NCBI GenBank assembly: GCA_040357565.1 | Contig: JBDODJ010000008.1 | Source: Cercozoa sp. M6MM | Taxonomy: Eukaryota; Protista; Endomyxa: Ascetosporea | DNA: 64,000 nucleotides | Strand: one strand, 5' to 3' | Shown here: piece after piece, positions 36,616-58,043 of the stretch | Layout: each line of letters starts with the position of its first letter | Numbering within the stretch: the stretch's first letter is position 1 | Program-made: the position numbers and the translations under genes | The notes under the pieces: generated by a model | Seen by the model: only the letters and a program-made list of their open reading frames with translations | Database searches by the model: none | Told to the model about the DNA's origin: nothing

Positions 36616-38280
36616 CACACACAGACACACACACACACACACGCACAGACAAAAACAACACAGACACACACAGACACACACANNNNNNNNNNNNNNNNNN
36701 NNNNNNNNNNNNNNNNNNNNNNNNNNNNNNNNNNNNNNNNNNNNNNNNNNNNNNNNNNNNNNNNNNNNNNNNNNNNNNNNNNCACACACGCACAGACAAA
36801 AACAACACAGACACACACAGACACACACACCTGCTCAGACGACACGAAGCGCGTACGTAATGTAGTCGCGATCTTTCGGATGCACTTCTGCGTGGCTGCT
36901 ACCCTCCTGTGCAGGTGTGGTGATAGGGAGTATTGGGCACACATAAAATAATATATATATATATATAGATAATAAATGTATACCGAGACTCTTGCGGCGA
37001 CATCTGGGACACTTCGGACTTTGATGAAACGACAACGAGGGCTGCGGCGCCTGCTTCGGCCGTTGCCTCGCGACTGATCGGTCGAGACGGTAGCATTAAG
37101 ACACGTACAGCATCAACAAGGAACCGGGTACCTTTTAAAGGCTCGACCCATACGTTCATACTTTTGGTCGAGAAGACACCTGAAAGGCAACAGTGATGTG
37201 TGTATGTACAGCACACCAAAGGATGACACACCTTGCAGGCAGGTAGGTATCGTCTTTCGTCTCATGCAGCAACAACGGGTTTGGGATGGTCGTACACCTG
37301 CATTTATCAGGAGTGTAAACTGACGTAGATACATGCACAGTGTAGAAGCAAGGTACCTACTGCCCAGGGAGGTGTAGCCGTGATCGTACAGCACGCAGTG
37401 CGGCACATTGTAGTGACAAAGGAAGTGCCACACGTGTGCATGGTCCCAACGCAGGATCGGATTCACTCGCAGCAGCGATGGCCAGCCCTGTCTCCATACC
37501 ACACCATACACTTCTGTATTAAAACACACAGAAGGTACTACTTGAGAAACGTCGGTTCGCGAGCACACGTTCAAACTGGAGGCACCTGTTCGTATCGATC
37601 ATACCGGGAACACAAGATAAAACACCAAGCACACAAACTACCTGGATCAGCTTCGCGTTGGCCCATCAGCACGGCCTTTAGCGACGTGCCATTATGCCCT
37701 AAACATAAGGTACATAACGACAGACACGCAAGTGTGTGTATGTGTTTGCAGAAGAGAGCACCCTCATCAGAAGTGAGACACTCAAGCGCAGCTTTGAAAT
37801 CGGCACCCAACTCAAGGAACCTTTGCGGAGCGCCATACTTCTCCTGCACGATCACAACAAACCATCGCAGAGCAGACACGCAAGTACATGCAAAGGGCAA
37901 GCGTACATTGGCTGCATGCAGAAATTCCGATAACTGCTCGAACTCGTTGCGCTGGGCAAAGTACAGTACCGACAGACCCGAGGATGCCACTCTGAGCACA
38001 AAAATCAAAAACGCAAAAGCAAAAGCGAAAAATACAACTTACGTTTGTCCACGGAGGTGCAACACTGCTCGCAACAAATGCAGCAACACGACACAATCCT
38101 TGCCGCCGTTAAAGCTCAGCGCCAGCTGGTCCGGCCTGATCGAAACACAAAAATGCACATGCACAAATGCACAAATGCAAAAGGTCGCTCTAAAACATAC
38201 GAAAATCTGTCTAGACAGTCGCTGATAGCCTGTACTGCGGCGTGCAAGTGGCCTCGGAAGTCACTGCCGTGCTCGAGCAT
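36157..38280 (-). CDS. FLAD1: FAD synthase (PAPS-reductase family, Fad1/FLAD1-like) with a C-terminal extension
   Basis: [84 protein letters not shown]. Confidence 0.9.
36459..36830 (-). repeat. Compound (GT)/(GTCT) intronic microsatellite spanning a 100-N gap
   Basis: (CA)n and CAGACACA repeats on the + strand; N at 36683-36782. Confidence 0.9.
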
Positions 38281-38632
38281 GTTGGGGCCGGAATGTTGTG
38301 GGCCGGAAGTTATCCGCCGTCACACGATCGGGATATTCGACGTGACCCACGCACGGCGACCGTATGCGCAACTCTGACAGTGTTCTCCGTCACACACCTT
38401 TTGCAAGCACACTCGTGCACTGCAGAAACGCGCTTTAAAGCAGGGCCGCGCGCATTTTATTTTTGGGGCATTTTTCGACGGGCAGAATGCAACTGGGACA
38501 ATGATAAACACGACTGTTTGTGCACCTTCTCGTCCCGTTTAGACGCGTTCTGAGCATCGAGCAGTTAATTTAGCACGACAACACCGACACTGAAGCCCAT
38601 CAGTTGCCTGCAGTAGTTTCCAACTGAAAAAG

Positions 38633-39938
38633 ATGCTGAAATCTTCCGGCTTGTTTGGCGAGATGGCTGCTCGACAGCAGCAAGGTAGCTTTATTGTTTT
38701 GTTTCATTTGCAGTCTTACATTATCGTTTCGTGCAGCTGCTGTTGCCAAGGCTGCCGATGAGCTCGTTATGCGTCGCTACCTTCTCGACAGAAGGTAGTC
38801 CGAGTTGATACTGTCTCAGTAATCTTGTTGGCAGTGTGAAGTTCACACAGACAAAAGGAAGAAGTTCAAGAAGACAAAGATGCACCCACAATTCTGGAGC
38901 CTGTTGGACGACGTGACCGACACCAACTTCTGCTCGATAACAACATTGATGACAGGTAGATTAGAGCCCAAACTTAGCAAAGGACTGAGAAAACCCACTC
39001 TGGTAAACTTGATGTACAACAGTTCGGATTCCGAGGACTCTGACGACTCTGCGTTTGGAGACGACTCTCTTCTTGCAGATATCCGGTAAAGCCTCCCTAA
39101 ATACTTCCCCAATTTGAACATATCGATCTTGTCACAGAGCGAAGCGGCTTGCAGAACTGCGAGAAGAGGCAGAGAAACAGGTGTGTGCTTTGTTTACTTC
39201 GCGGTAGAAATTACTGGATGCAAGCAGTTTAAGTGGTGTGCGCGAGTAGGCACGCAATCGAGCCAAAGGCGTTGGCTCACTCGAAACTATTGAACAAGAC
39301 GAGTTTTTGAAAGCTGTTACGGACGCTGACAGGTACTGTCGTGTGTCACTTCAGACCATGCATTTTAACTCTGCCAATGCAGGTGTGTTGTGCACTTTTT
39401 CCACCGCGAATTCGCGCGCTGCCGCATTATGGATGAACGACTTCGCGAAATAGCGCCGCGACAGCTCAAAGTAAGTTTACACAACCTGAAGGCGGATAAT
39501 TGCTGTTATATCACGATGTATGGCACGCAGACTCGCTTCGTGCGAATGGACGCGGACAGCTCTCCGTTCTTTGTGGCGAAACTTGCTATTCGCACGCTGC
39601 CAACCCTTGTGTGTTTCGTGGATGGTCTCGCTGTAGACAGGTGCACTGTCTGATATCTGCTTCCCTCTCGATTTGACAAACGTTTCGTATTGACAGAGTG
39701 GTCGGATTCGGTGAACTCGGCGGCACTGACGATTTCTCGGCAACAACGCTCGAGAATCGCCTGCTTAAGGCTGGTACCCGTGCAAGTATATGTTATATGT
39801 CTTAATTTATGTCTACCAGATATGTATATAAAGACCGAGACATTATATTATCTGCTGGTATTGGGTGCAGGTGTTGTGCCTGATCGCAATGGCAAGTGGC
39901 GCAAACCAAAGGTGGCGCGTACATCCTCGCTTGCCTAA
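38633..39938 (+). CDS. TXNDC9: Phosducin-like thioredoxin-domain protein (TXNDC9/Plp1 family)
   Basis: IRAKRLAELR..GVGSLETIEQDEFL..CVVHFFHREFARCRIMDERL..TRFVRMDADSSPFFVAKLAIRTLPTLVCFVDGLAVDRVVGFGELGGTDDF..LENRL. Confidence 0.9.
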
Positions 39939-40164
39939 CTATAACCGCGCGAAATCTCTGCCCTGCTTCGAGGCTGAAGATTTGAGTTATGAATACGTTA
40001 TTTTATTCGCATCATTCGATTGGAATGTTACTCCACGTGATCGCACCACCGTACGGCACTGCACTGTCCCGTGCGTCCCGTCAGTGGCAGTAGACGAGTG
40101 CAGTTGGTACACAGATCTAATAAATACGATAGACACAGCGAGAGTGAGTCCGTAGACCTCAACC

Positions 40165-40234
40165 TAAACGACATGGGGTTCGAACCTACGCACCCTATTT
40201 GGTCAGGCGCCTTAGACCACTCGGCCACCTGGGC
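40165..40234 (-). pseudogene. tRNA-Leu-like chimeric/degenerate element
   Basis: Minus strand GCCCAGGTGGCCGAGTGGTCTAAGGCGCCTGACCAAATAGGGTGCGTAGGTTCGAACCCCATGTCGTTTA. It has an intact A box/D-arm of Leu type and a B box GGTTCGAACC, but the anticodon and variable arms are shortened and the acceptor stem does not pair. Confidence 0.7.
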
Positions 40235-40684
40235 ATATACGCAACTTACAAGCCATTCGAGACTGAGTACAGTGGAATCAACGGAGCTGTAAGCGGCCGG
40301 CTGCTGTTGCGGACCAACAGTTTAGGCGACGCTCGTACTACCATTACAGTATAAATTTTACTGTTGGGTGCGAATTGCTGGATTCAAGTTCAGTTGCCAG
40401 TTGCTAAATTTACTACTGTAGCTATTCAGATCGAAGCGACGCCACGCATAGACATGCGCCGTGGCCCGTGCCGAACCCATCAGTCCGAGCGCTACATTTA
40501 AATACGACTAAACCCGCTCGGTAAACCTCGGTCCAACTTTGGCACAAACCCAGACAAGCGAACGAAGCGTTTTGAACGTTCCAAGCGGGTTGGGTAGAAC
40601 TTCTGCCATTGAATTATCGATACCGAATGTGTGCTGTTTTACAGTATCTTTGCTGCAGTCTTGGCAGAGTGCTCTTATTCCAGC

Positions 40685-48711
<8,027 letters not shown>

Positions 48712-48997
48712 TTCGTTCAGTCTCCAAAGAAACCCAGTTATGTAGTTTCCAGCCCTTACCGGGGTGCGGAGGATCACGAACGCATGGCCGCTCGAATCGA
48801 CATTGAAATAACACACCTTGGTGGATATATGAATCTCCTGTACATTACTACCGGACTACTTTGAAGGACAACTGGAATCAAATCACACACATTGTACAGC
48901 TTTTCCCCAGACTGTCAAGCCTGCGTTAAGTAGAGCAACAACGCACTATAACAGAGTGCAACTAAACCATTTAGTTGACTGGCCTCCTATTAGGGTA

Positions 48998-50464
48998 ATG
49001 TTGGCTGACAGGACGAGGGATTTCTTTGCGTTTGTCGATCCGAGCGGGGAAACGCGTCCAGGGACGAGATTCGACGGCGCCGGGTACGCCGAATGTCATC
49101 CCTTTGAAAACGCCGCCGAGTCTATGGTACATTTTGCCTCTGTTTTCCTGTGTGAGACAATTTATTACGTGTGACTGTTTTCAGTTGCGTGGCATTGTCG
49201 AGATGGCGACTCACATGCGGCGACAGCAGCTACAGCACCTCGTGCGAGACAGCAGTCGAAAGAACGACGAATCTACCGAAACAGACGATAACGACAGTGA
49301 AGAAGCCTTTGAGCAGGGTGCTATATTCTATTGTTACCTTCTAATATAATTTAAAAAAAAATATATATATATATATATGTATATGTATCTATTTGTATCA
49401 CATTTGGACAGGCGTTCTGGAGTTTTCCACGGCTTGTGACAGCGAGATAAAGCGGTACTCGCTTTGTGTCTTTTTCGGTTCTTACCTTCTTTACCCCCCC
49501 CCCAGATGGCACAACGACAACGAAGAGGAATCCAACGAGTTGTTGCGGCAGCACTTGCGAGGGGTTGAGTTGGTGCCATGCCTCTTTGTCCTCTACCCAT
49601 GCAGGTCTCAAACCTTTCCTGCAGTATCTTTACGACCGACTGGAGCAACTGACGCAAAAACTCGCGAAACTGCGCCAAATGCGACAGAAGCGAATGGAGG
49701 TTACTTTCACTTGGACTACTTATATGCAATATCCATATATGTGTAAGTGACAGGAAAAAACGCGATTGTTGAACCCGTTGGCTGAGCTGGCCGTCCGCGC
49801 GGACACGACCGCCGTTGGTCCCTCTGTCGATCTGGATGCCGACTTTGTGCCTGGTATTCATACTCGGTATCTCCTTCTTGCTGCCCTCTGGTACCACAGG
49901 TTGTTTCGCACAGGCAGTGAGCAACGAATGCTGCAGGAGGTTCTTCCGCTAGCTTGCTCTAGATTCGCATGTTCAACTTGACTGTTGGTCCAGGAGGAAG
50001 CGGCCTTGTTGGCTCGACTCGACTCCGATCTCGATCAGGTGCGGCGCAACGAGCGGCAGATGCATATGTATGTCCTGTCTTGCATTCGTGCAAAACCCTC
50101 CCACCTCAGCGCTGCAGGATCGCATCGTTGGTGCGCAACTTCTCGTCGAAAGTGCGTGATCAAGCAGAGGTAGCAAACACGCGCTGTGAGCTGTCACAAA
50201 ACTAGTCTGTCTGTGCAGCAACTGGACAGCATTCACGCGGAAGCTGTGGCCGCGAAAGCACACGTCGACGCCGCCGACGAGGAGCTTCACAAGACGCTTT
50301 CCGTACTGCCACTGACTCTGTGCTGCGGGAGAGGATCAGATACCACGAATCTCGTGTGTGTATGTGTGTGTGCGCAGTACGGCATCGGCGCTCGGCTTTA
50401 TTTCTTAGTTCTAATGCTCGTGCTCGGACTGTCCGTGCTTTTTCTGGACTGGTATCACCCGTGA
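48998..50464 (+). CDS. STX18: Syntaxin-18/Ufe1 (ER Qa-SNARE)
   Basis: N-terminal MLADRTRDF; QHLRGV..YLYDRLEQL..QMRQKR; SNARE region FSSKVRDQAE..LDSIHAEAV..; C-terminal TM ending LSVLFLDWYHP*. Confidence 0.88.
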
Positions 50465-50761
50465 TCACATGCGGCGTAGCCAGTAGTACATATACGATGC
50501 ACTCGGCTGGTACTAGCATAGCACTAGTATAGTACTAGTTGACTACCGTACGTACATAGTTGCGTTGGGTTTGAAGTAGACTGAACGAACTACGCTAGGT
50601 GGGTGGAGCACTAGTACTGCCCTAGTCGAGTTGGTGAGTTAAGTTTCAAGTTGTCCGGTCATTGCATCGTGCACACGACATGCGGTGGACACGATACTGC
50701 ATGTACGCGGACGTACGTATGGTAGCGTAGTCCATGACACGATGTCAGCTGCGCAACGAAC

Positions 50762-53700
50762 TCAGAAACCGTGCCTCAAGATGAGTCTTCGGCGCTGTGG
50801 TGCAGAGGAACCACTGCTCAGTATCGCACAAACAAACTTAGTACAGCTTGTCGAATTCGATCCCAGAAAACGTATGGTCGTCTGTAGAAACTGTACCACC
50901 ACCGCCGCCACTGCGGCGCCGTTTCGCCGGCGGTTCTTTGTCGTCTACAGTAACCAATATGCATCGACAAACCCACCATCCCACAAGCACCATCCCATAA
51001 GGGCAGATAGATTGAGAGCACCTTTCTGCTCGGTGCGCATACCGTTGATACTGCCTTCAACCACTCTGCGCGCATACACAAGAGTCATATTTTTCGAGTC
51101 ATACTTTCGGTACACGCAAGCCCCGAAAACAAGTGTACCCCAAGGAGTCGCAGAAGCGACGCTTGGAGTGCACTGTCACCAACGGCGGCGACGTCGCTGG
51201 CCTTGCCTACACCCATCGATCATCAGAGGAGGAGGAAAGGCGAAGACCACAAACTCACATCAGAGCGAGCGCGACGGCGTGCAGAACGCGGAGCTTCCGA
51301 CAGCGACGAAATTCGCAGTCGCGACTGTCGCAACCATGTTCACTCTCAGGTTGTCGGATAGGAACGGCTGAGAATGCGTACCACAGAAGAAGCGTGACTG
51401 ACTCCGTCGGCACTGAAACTTAGATTCGTGGCAACGAAACTGTCCTGTGCCTCTTTGGCCTATCGCAATTGCAGACGAGTACAGTCGAAGGAAGTAGCAT
51501 AATGAAGAAGTGTACCTGCGCCTGCCTGGCAATGGCATCGTTGTGCAACCGCTCAAACACATCGCCACCCGACAGCGGCCGACGTCGCCGTGGTCCTGAG
51601 TTTATGGCAACGCAACCATATCTGGTCAGACAGACACAGACACACCCTCTGCAACAGGTACCGTTGGGTGCAGGTGATGCAACAAATGACAGATCGGCCT
51701 GTTGAAAGTGGCTCACAGACACTCGAATACAGACAAGAAAGCACACACGAGGTACCAATGAAGTGGACTTGGACCGTGGCCGCGAGCGAATAAACTAAAA
51801 TAAACACACCTTCAATAATTGAAATGGAACAGAAGAAAATGAAAATTACACTCGAGTCGGCAGGACGCCGTCTTCGAGTTCTCCTGGAGATAGAGACTTG
51901 ACAAATCGATAGGCAGAAAGAAAGAAAGATAGTGAGATAGAACGATAAATAGAGACCAACAAATAGAGATAGAGATAGATAGATCGAGGAGATATAAGGA
52001 TAGATACGGATATATATTTATATAGTCATATATATATATATACATATATATACATACGTACAGAGAGATGAATAACAGTGAATGATAGGACATACCCCTG
52101 CCGAGCAGGTGACAAGACGCGCTGTTTCTGTCGGCGCGCTCTCCGCAGGGCCGCTTCGATGCGTTGGGCCGGTGTGCCGGCACTGAGGACCTCCTGATCG
52201 AGCACGTCGTTGTCGTCGTTGTCATCCGACTCACCGTGGTCCGAGTCGCTGTCGTTGTTGCAGTTGCTCGTGTTGTTGGAGCTGTCATTGTCGCTGTGGC
52301 GGTCACTCAGCAGCGATCGCATGTCGGACAGACTCGCGTGCTGCTGCGCCAGCTGCGCTCGCTCCTGCGCTCGTCGTTCGACCTGGATCATGTGCTCAGC
52401 CTTTTCAGTATCTGCTCTGGCCTGTGCACACACCAAACTCCATGGCATGGAAATGAAAAAGCGCAAATGACGTACTGCTGCAAGTTCGATGTGCAAGCGC
52501 TCATTCTTCCTGTGTGCGTCTTCCTGCAAGAAGCAACAAAGATACACAGCAACACCAACAGAGACAGTAATCGTGGCTACCAAAGAGACACGCAGGTCAA
52601 CGACGCGATTGGCCAAAATCGTTGCTGTTGTAACCTACCAGCACAATCGATGTACAGCAAAGAATATGAAGGCCAAAGCTACCGCATCGGCGATTTTTCG
52701 CACTCGCGACATCAGCAATGGCGTCACAGCGACACCAGTTTCCGACAGCGGGCGTCCTGTGTACCAATGTTTCAATCATGCCCCAAAGACCAATCTCAGG
52801 GTATCAGGTACCAGTCACTGGGTGACGTGGCCGCAGTTGCTCCAGCTGCTTCTCGCAGTCCACCACCTGCTCTCACAACACAAGGTCATTCCATGCTTCA
52901 AGCCTGCTTGACCTGTGGGTGCTTACCTGCGCCCGCGAGTGACGCATCTGTTCGTCGATTCTACAACCAAGACACAGCTGAGCAAAAACACCGTTCAAGT
53001 GTGAAAGTGTGGGAAAGCTACGCGTCCATAAACTCCTCAAGATTGCGCAATTCACACTCCAGGCGTTCCTTCTCCTCCTCTTGCATCGCTGCTTTTACAC
53101 GAACCCTCAAGTCGTCCACTTGAGCGGCAATCTATCGCAAACAGCAAGAATCCACAAGCACAAAGTAAAGCATATCAGCTTCCTTCGACAGTAGCTCTGT
53201 ACATCTGCCTTGTCTCTCGACGCCTTCTGAAGTCTCTTCTCCTACAAATGACGCATCAGTCGGAAGGGCAAATTGCCAAACTCCCAAGATGCAAATTTAC
53301 CAGTCCTTGAATTCGTTGACGCAGCTTGCGTCGCTTCAGCACGCGTTCCATCTCGGATTCCACCTGCAACAAACGCTTGAGTTGACAACAAACCGGCACT
53401 TCTTAAAGGTACCATTTTGACGCACTTCGGAGGTCCATCACTCGCTGTGCACAACCGCAAATGTGCCGACTAAAAACAGAAATCATTTGGCTTATATATA
53501 CGAGCTGCGGCAAGCGTAGGAACGCTCTTGCGGCGCTGTTTTTGCAACTGCTCCGTTTTTCGCTGCACTTGCGACAGTAGCTGCGATCAAGCAAGGTGAA
53601 AACTGACAAAACAACGAAACTGTAAACAGCAAACAAAAGTACGCGCTTTTGATCGGCCTGAAGGAGCTGAATCTGCCGCTCCTTCTTTTTCTGCAAACAT

Positions 53701-56700
53701 TTTGTTTAACTCAAGCACAGTTTGAGATACAAAGAAACGCACCAACGACCGTTCGAGTCCTTGCTTGCGCCGGAGCATCTGCGAATAAAAGAAAGTTATG
53801 ACAAAATTAGACCAAGGACCGTGATAAGGCACCTGTTGACGCCACGTGCGGTGCGCAGTAGCTTCCTGTCCATTTCACAATTATAGCCTATGTCCATCAA
53901 AGCAGAGATTATATTGTACCTGTCGCAACTGTCGAAGCAGTTGAACCTGTCGCTTCTTCATTTCGTGCACGTGTTGTCGCGAGGTCTATCCCCAAAAACA
54001 TACGGTGGGCGTTACACTATAGCATTGGGCTATGGTACGTTCAATCGAACTTCAAAACCGCGCGACAGTTGCACCAGCTTCTGCTGGGCTTTCAGTTCTG
54101 CGCAGAGCGAGTGTCACAATTTGTATTAAAAAGAAAGTAAAAGATTCGAGATACCAGCACGTGCTGTGCGAATGCGATTTTGCAGGAGAGAAATCTTCTG
54201 TTCAAACTCCTTGTTAGCCGAAGCGCGCTCCTCCTGTACCACAAGTTTGCGGGATTAAACTCAATACCACTCACTGAGGAACTGAGGATTTTGCGGTACC
54301 GTGTCGTTGGTACGACCGAGCACATGATCACGTTGTTTCTCGACCTCTCGCAGTTCGTTTTGCAAAGTCACAATGCTGCCGAAAGAAACACGTGCGTTGA
54401 CTTTCATTGCTCAGTGTTTGAACATACCGTCGGTCATAAGCGTCCTTCATGCGATCCATTTCGTTTCGCGTCTGGGCACATTGAGTTATGACTGAAACGC
54501 CCTCGGACAAAACCTCTGTACCTGCAGTAGCTGTTCGACGAGTGCGAGTTGTGCTTTCAGATCCTACCAACAAAGGATTACGAGAAAGGGAAGAATACAC
54601 GAAGCGTACATGCTCAAGATCGGCGACTTGTGCTCTCAGACGTCGCTGTGCACTGGAGTGTTCCCTCTCGCGCTGCTGCATCTGCCGCGACAGTTGTTCT
54701 AGTTCGTCGTGCCTTTCTTTCTCTGTCGCGCCAGAGCGCTCGTCATTGTCGTTCTCGTTTTCGTTCTCGTTATCATTGTCATCGTTCTCGTTGTCTACGT
54801 CGCTGTCGTTTTCATGCATGTTGCTGTCCTCCACCTTGTCACTGTCATTGTGGGCACGAGCGGCATTGTTCGCCTCATTTGCTTCGTTCTCGTCCAACTG
54901 CGGTAGCAACGAGATGTTAGCATTGCCGTAAAGGTCGCCGAACAGGTCGCTTCTGCATCAAAGCGCAGGTGAGTTTGTACAGAAATTGAAGGAAGCAGAG
55001 TACGCTTGTCCCGTTAGTGCTAGAGACGATAGGTTTGGCAGCTGCGTCGAGTCTGTATCACCACGTGGTAGTGCAGGGTGTGTACTGTTGATATGTTCAT
55101 ATTAATACCACCGCCAGACACAGAAGCATCCAGTTGCTCCAGTCGACCTCTCAGTCGCTACACCCACGCACTTCACAAACAAGCGAACACAAGAAGATTC
55201 AGCACCTCTGCCTCGAGTTGTAGCGCGTCGTTGCTCATGCGCATCTTGGCCACCTGGTCCATCGTGTCACGTCGCAGGCGCTGATTCTCTTTGCGCAGGT
55301 GCGCCACTTCCGTCTCCTCTGCGTTAATTATACATACACCGACAACACGTACAACCAAATGTACGTTTCTGCAGCATGTCCTCCACGCCAGGGACATTGT
55401 GCTGCTGCAACATTTCGATGCACGCGTCACGTTGCGCCCGCGTGCTTTTCTGTGAGACACCAATGAATACACTGACAATTACACTGACCGACTAAAAAAC
55501 GCACGAGGTCAGTCTCAAGCCGCGTTAACTGTCGACGTAGCTGGAGATTTTCCTCGCGCATCGTCGTGTCTTCTTGCACCTGTCAAACACAAATCGGGCT
55601 TTAGTCACAGAATCGACACGTTTACACGCAGACACAAAGAGGATACATCAAAAACGTGTCCAGGCGACTTCAGCTTTAATGCGGCTTCAAGTCGTTTAAT
55701 GTGCTCACGCAACTCGGCCAGTTTTGCGCTACAATACGGAGAGTAAAACGATAATCGCAGTCGCTAGGACAGAAGAGGTACCTATTTGGATCGCGATTCA
55801 CGATCGGTCGGTTTTCGATGTTCTTTGCACGATTGGCGTATCGACTTTAAAAGCAAGCCATACATTATCGTTCGCATCGAAGATCAAGCAAGAAGCAAGC
55901 ATACAGTGCATTGAGCGACTCATCAAAGTTTGAATCGGCAGGCGAGATGCAAGCGATCTATTGTCACGCTAGATCCTAAAACAACACAACAAGATGTGGA
56001 TGACGTTACCATCAAAGTTCGCGCATTGCCGCCCAACGAATCTCTGGGACAAAGTAACCTTAAAGTCCCTTTACACCTCCGAAAGCAAAACTCGCATACT
56101 GCAGTAGTCGCGTAATCTTGCTGTCTCGGAACGGCACGTGCGCTTTTTTCTGTGAATGAGGAATAAAAAAAGAAGAAGACTGAGGAAAAAGGCGCACCTC
56201 AGACAGTGCGGCGATGCAGTTTCCCAGTGCCAGTAATCCCTGCGTCATTGAAATTCTTGTTGATTTCGTCAAAAAAGCCAAAACACAAACAACGGTACCG
56301 TGTTAATAGAAATGCCCTCCTTTAGTTGCGCGCCTTCCGCACCCTACCGAAGGACAAAAAGGAGACGGACAATAAGACAAAGCAAAGGCGGCTAAGAATG
56401 TGACCGTACAGTGCGTTTAACGCGTTCGGAACCAGCGAGATCGACGAAATGAAACTTTGACGTCAGAAAGCTGTCCTCTTCGCCTTCTGTGAAGAAAGAA
56501 ACCTCAAGAGCGAAAAAGCAATAAACTATGGAGAGACTACCTTCAGTGGCACGCTGTGTTAGGTATACTGTGAAAACAGCGTGCGACCTCGACGAATGCG
56601 CGTTCATTTTCGTCGACGAAGTCTTGCTACAGAATGAAACGACGAGTCAATGACTAGACATACATTTAAACACGGCTATTTACCGATACAAAGAACCCCG

Positions 56701-57754
56701 TTCCAGAAGCGACAGACACTCGTCAGCAGATGTCACCTACACACTTGCTCGTAAGCTACCTCCTTACAGTATGGTGCCATACTGCATGTTCGCCTACGCC
56801 TTGCACAACCAGTTCGCCTCCTCTGCCCTGTAGCAACGCACTTTTTCATACACAATGTCGCTCGCTTTTCTGCACAGGAAGACACCTCGCGAATCGACGG
56901 AATTTCGTCATCATTCGGCGCCAACAAATCGCGCAGCGTCTCCTTGTGGACTGTGTGCACCAACGTACTGACCCTCCCATTAACCCCCTTTTGACAAATA
57001 ACCCCACCTTCGAGGAAAGTGACTCGGACGGCGCAATCACTCTCATCGCTACTGCTGTTGACGTAGTCGAAAATTGCATCGATCACACGAGGTACCACAC
57101 CTGTAATCAAGGTGCTTACACAGAGCATTCTCCTCACGCCCTGTCAATATCGTTAAAGCCGTACCCCTGTCGACATCGGCGTCGGTCCTTGCACCCGCAG
57201 AGGTGCCCATCGTGTGCGTCTTGCCCGATCCCTTCAAAGCACCACGGATAAACAGCGATCCACCCTCCAAGACTAAGACTGAATACCGTCTGTCCGTAGG
57301 CGAAGACCGTCGCATTCATACCCTGCATGAACCGCACAAATATAGCATCAGTAAAAAACAAAAGAAACATTTTAATAGGCAGCACCTTGAGAAACACATC
57401 AACCAGCGGCGCAACGCAGCGGTCGAAAACAGCGCTTTGTTGCGTCGATGGCGCAAACACGTTGTCGAATGTGAACCGGTGTCTCTGCTCAGTAGAAAAC
57501 AGAACAATAAGGGAAGGGTAATAGCTAAAGGTGGCTAGGGGGTAAAGATAAAGTGTATATACCCCATCCTCGCCGAGTTGGAGTTCCTTCTCGCGCGGAA
57601 ACTTCACGACATCGCGAGCATCGTTGACTCGCTCGCCGCCCAAACTGCGTTCAGTCGCGTAGTGTTACTTTGAGACCCAAGATCTAAATGAGAGCACATA
57701 CAGTGGTCGAACGCGTACGGCGACATGCACGGCGTCGGCGCTGCGCGTGCTCAT
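50762..57754 (-). CDS. Kinesin-4-like motor (KIF4/KIF21/KIF27 type) with long coiled coils
   Basis: VHVAVRVRPL, FTFDNVF, GMNATVFAYGQT|GSGKTHTMG (P-loop), [65 protein letters not shown]; coiled-coil exons continue to LILRHGF-TGA(50762). Confidence 0.9.
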
Positions 57755-58043
57755 GCCGCCGTTGCCAAAACTGTTTTCACACAAAAAAACTCCAAATTGA
57801 CTTGCAAAAAACTTGGGCGTTTTTGGTACACTGCACGGATCGCGTCGCAAAGCTCTCCACTGCCCTCCTTGGGTTTCTGTGACGGCGCGTGCCACTACGA
57901 CAGATCTGGAAGTGCAGCTCGCGTTCTGTGGAAAAAGTTAAAGGGGTAGTTTTCAGCTCCAGAACGCAAGCAGGCTCAGTGCAGGCGCGTGTATTTATTT
58001 TTGTTAGTGAAACGAGGCTGTTTCGAGGCACAGGACGCCAGAA

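Noticed and set aside
36635-36830. ~45-bp duplication on both sides of the N gap
   Set aside because: Most likely unmerged overlapping contig ends (assembly artefact)
52164-54931. Long + strand ORFs (319 aa at 52164, 147 aa at 54488)
   Set aside because: Antisense shadows of the kinesin coiled-coil and acidic exons
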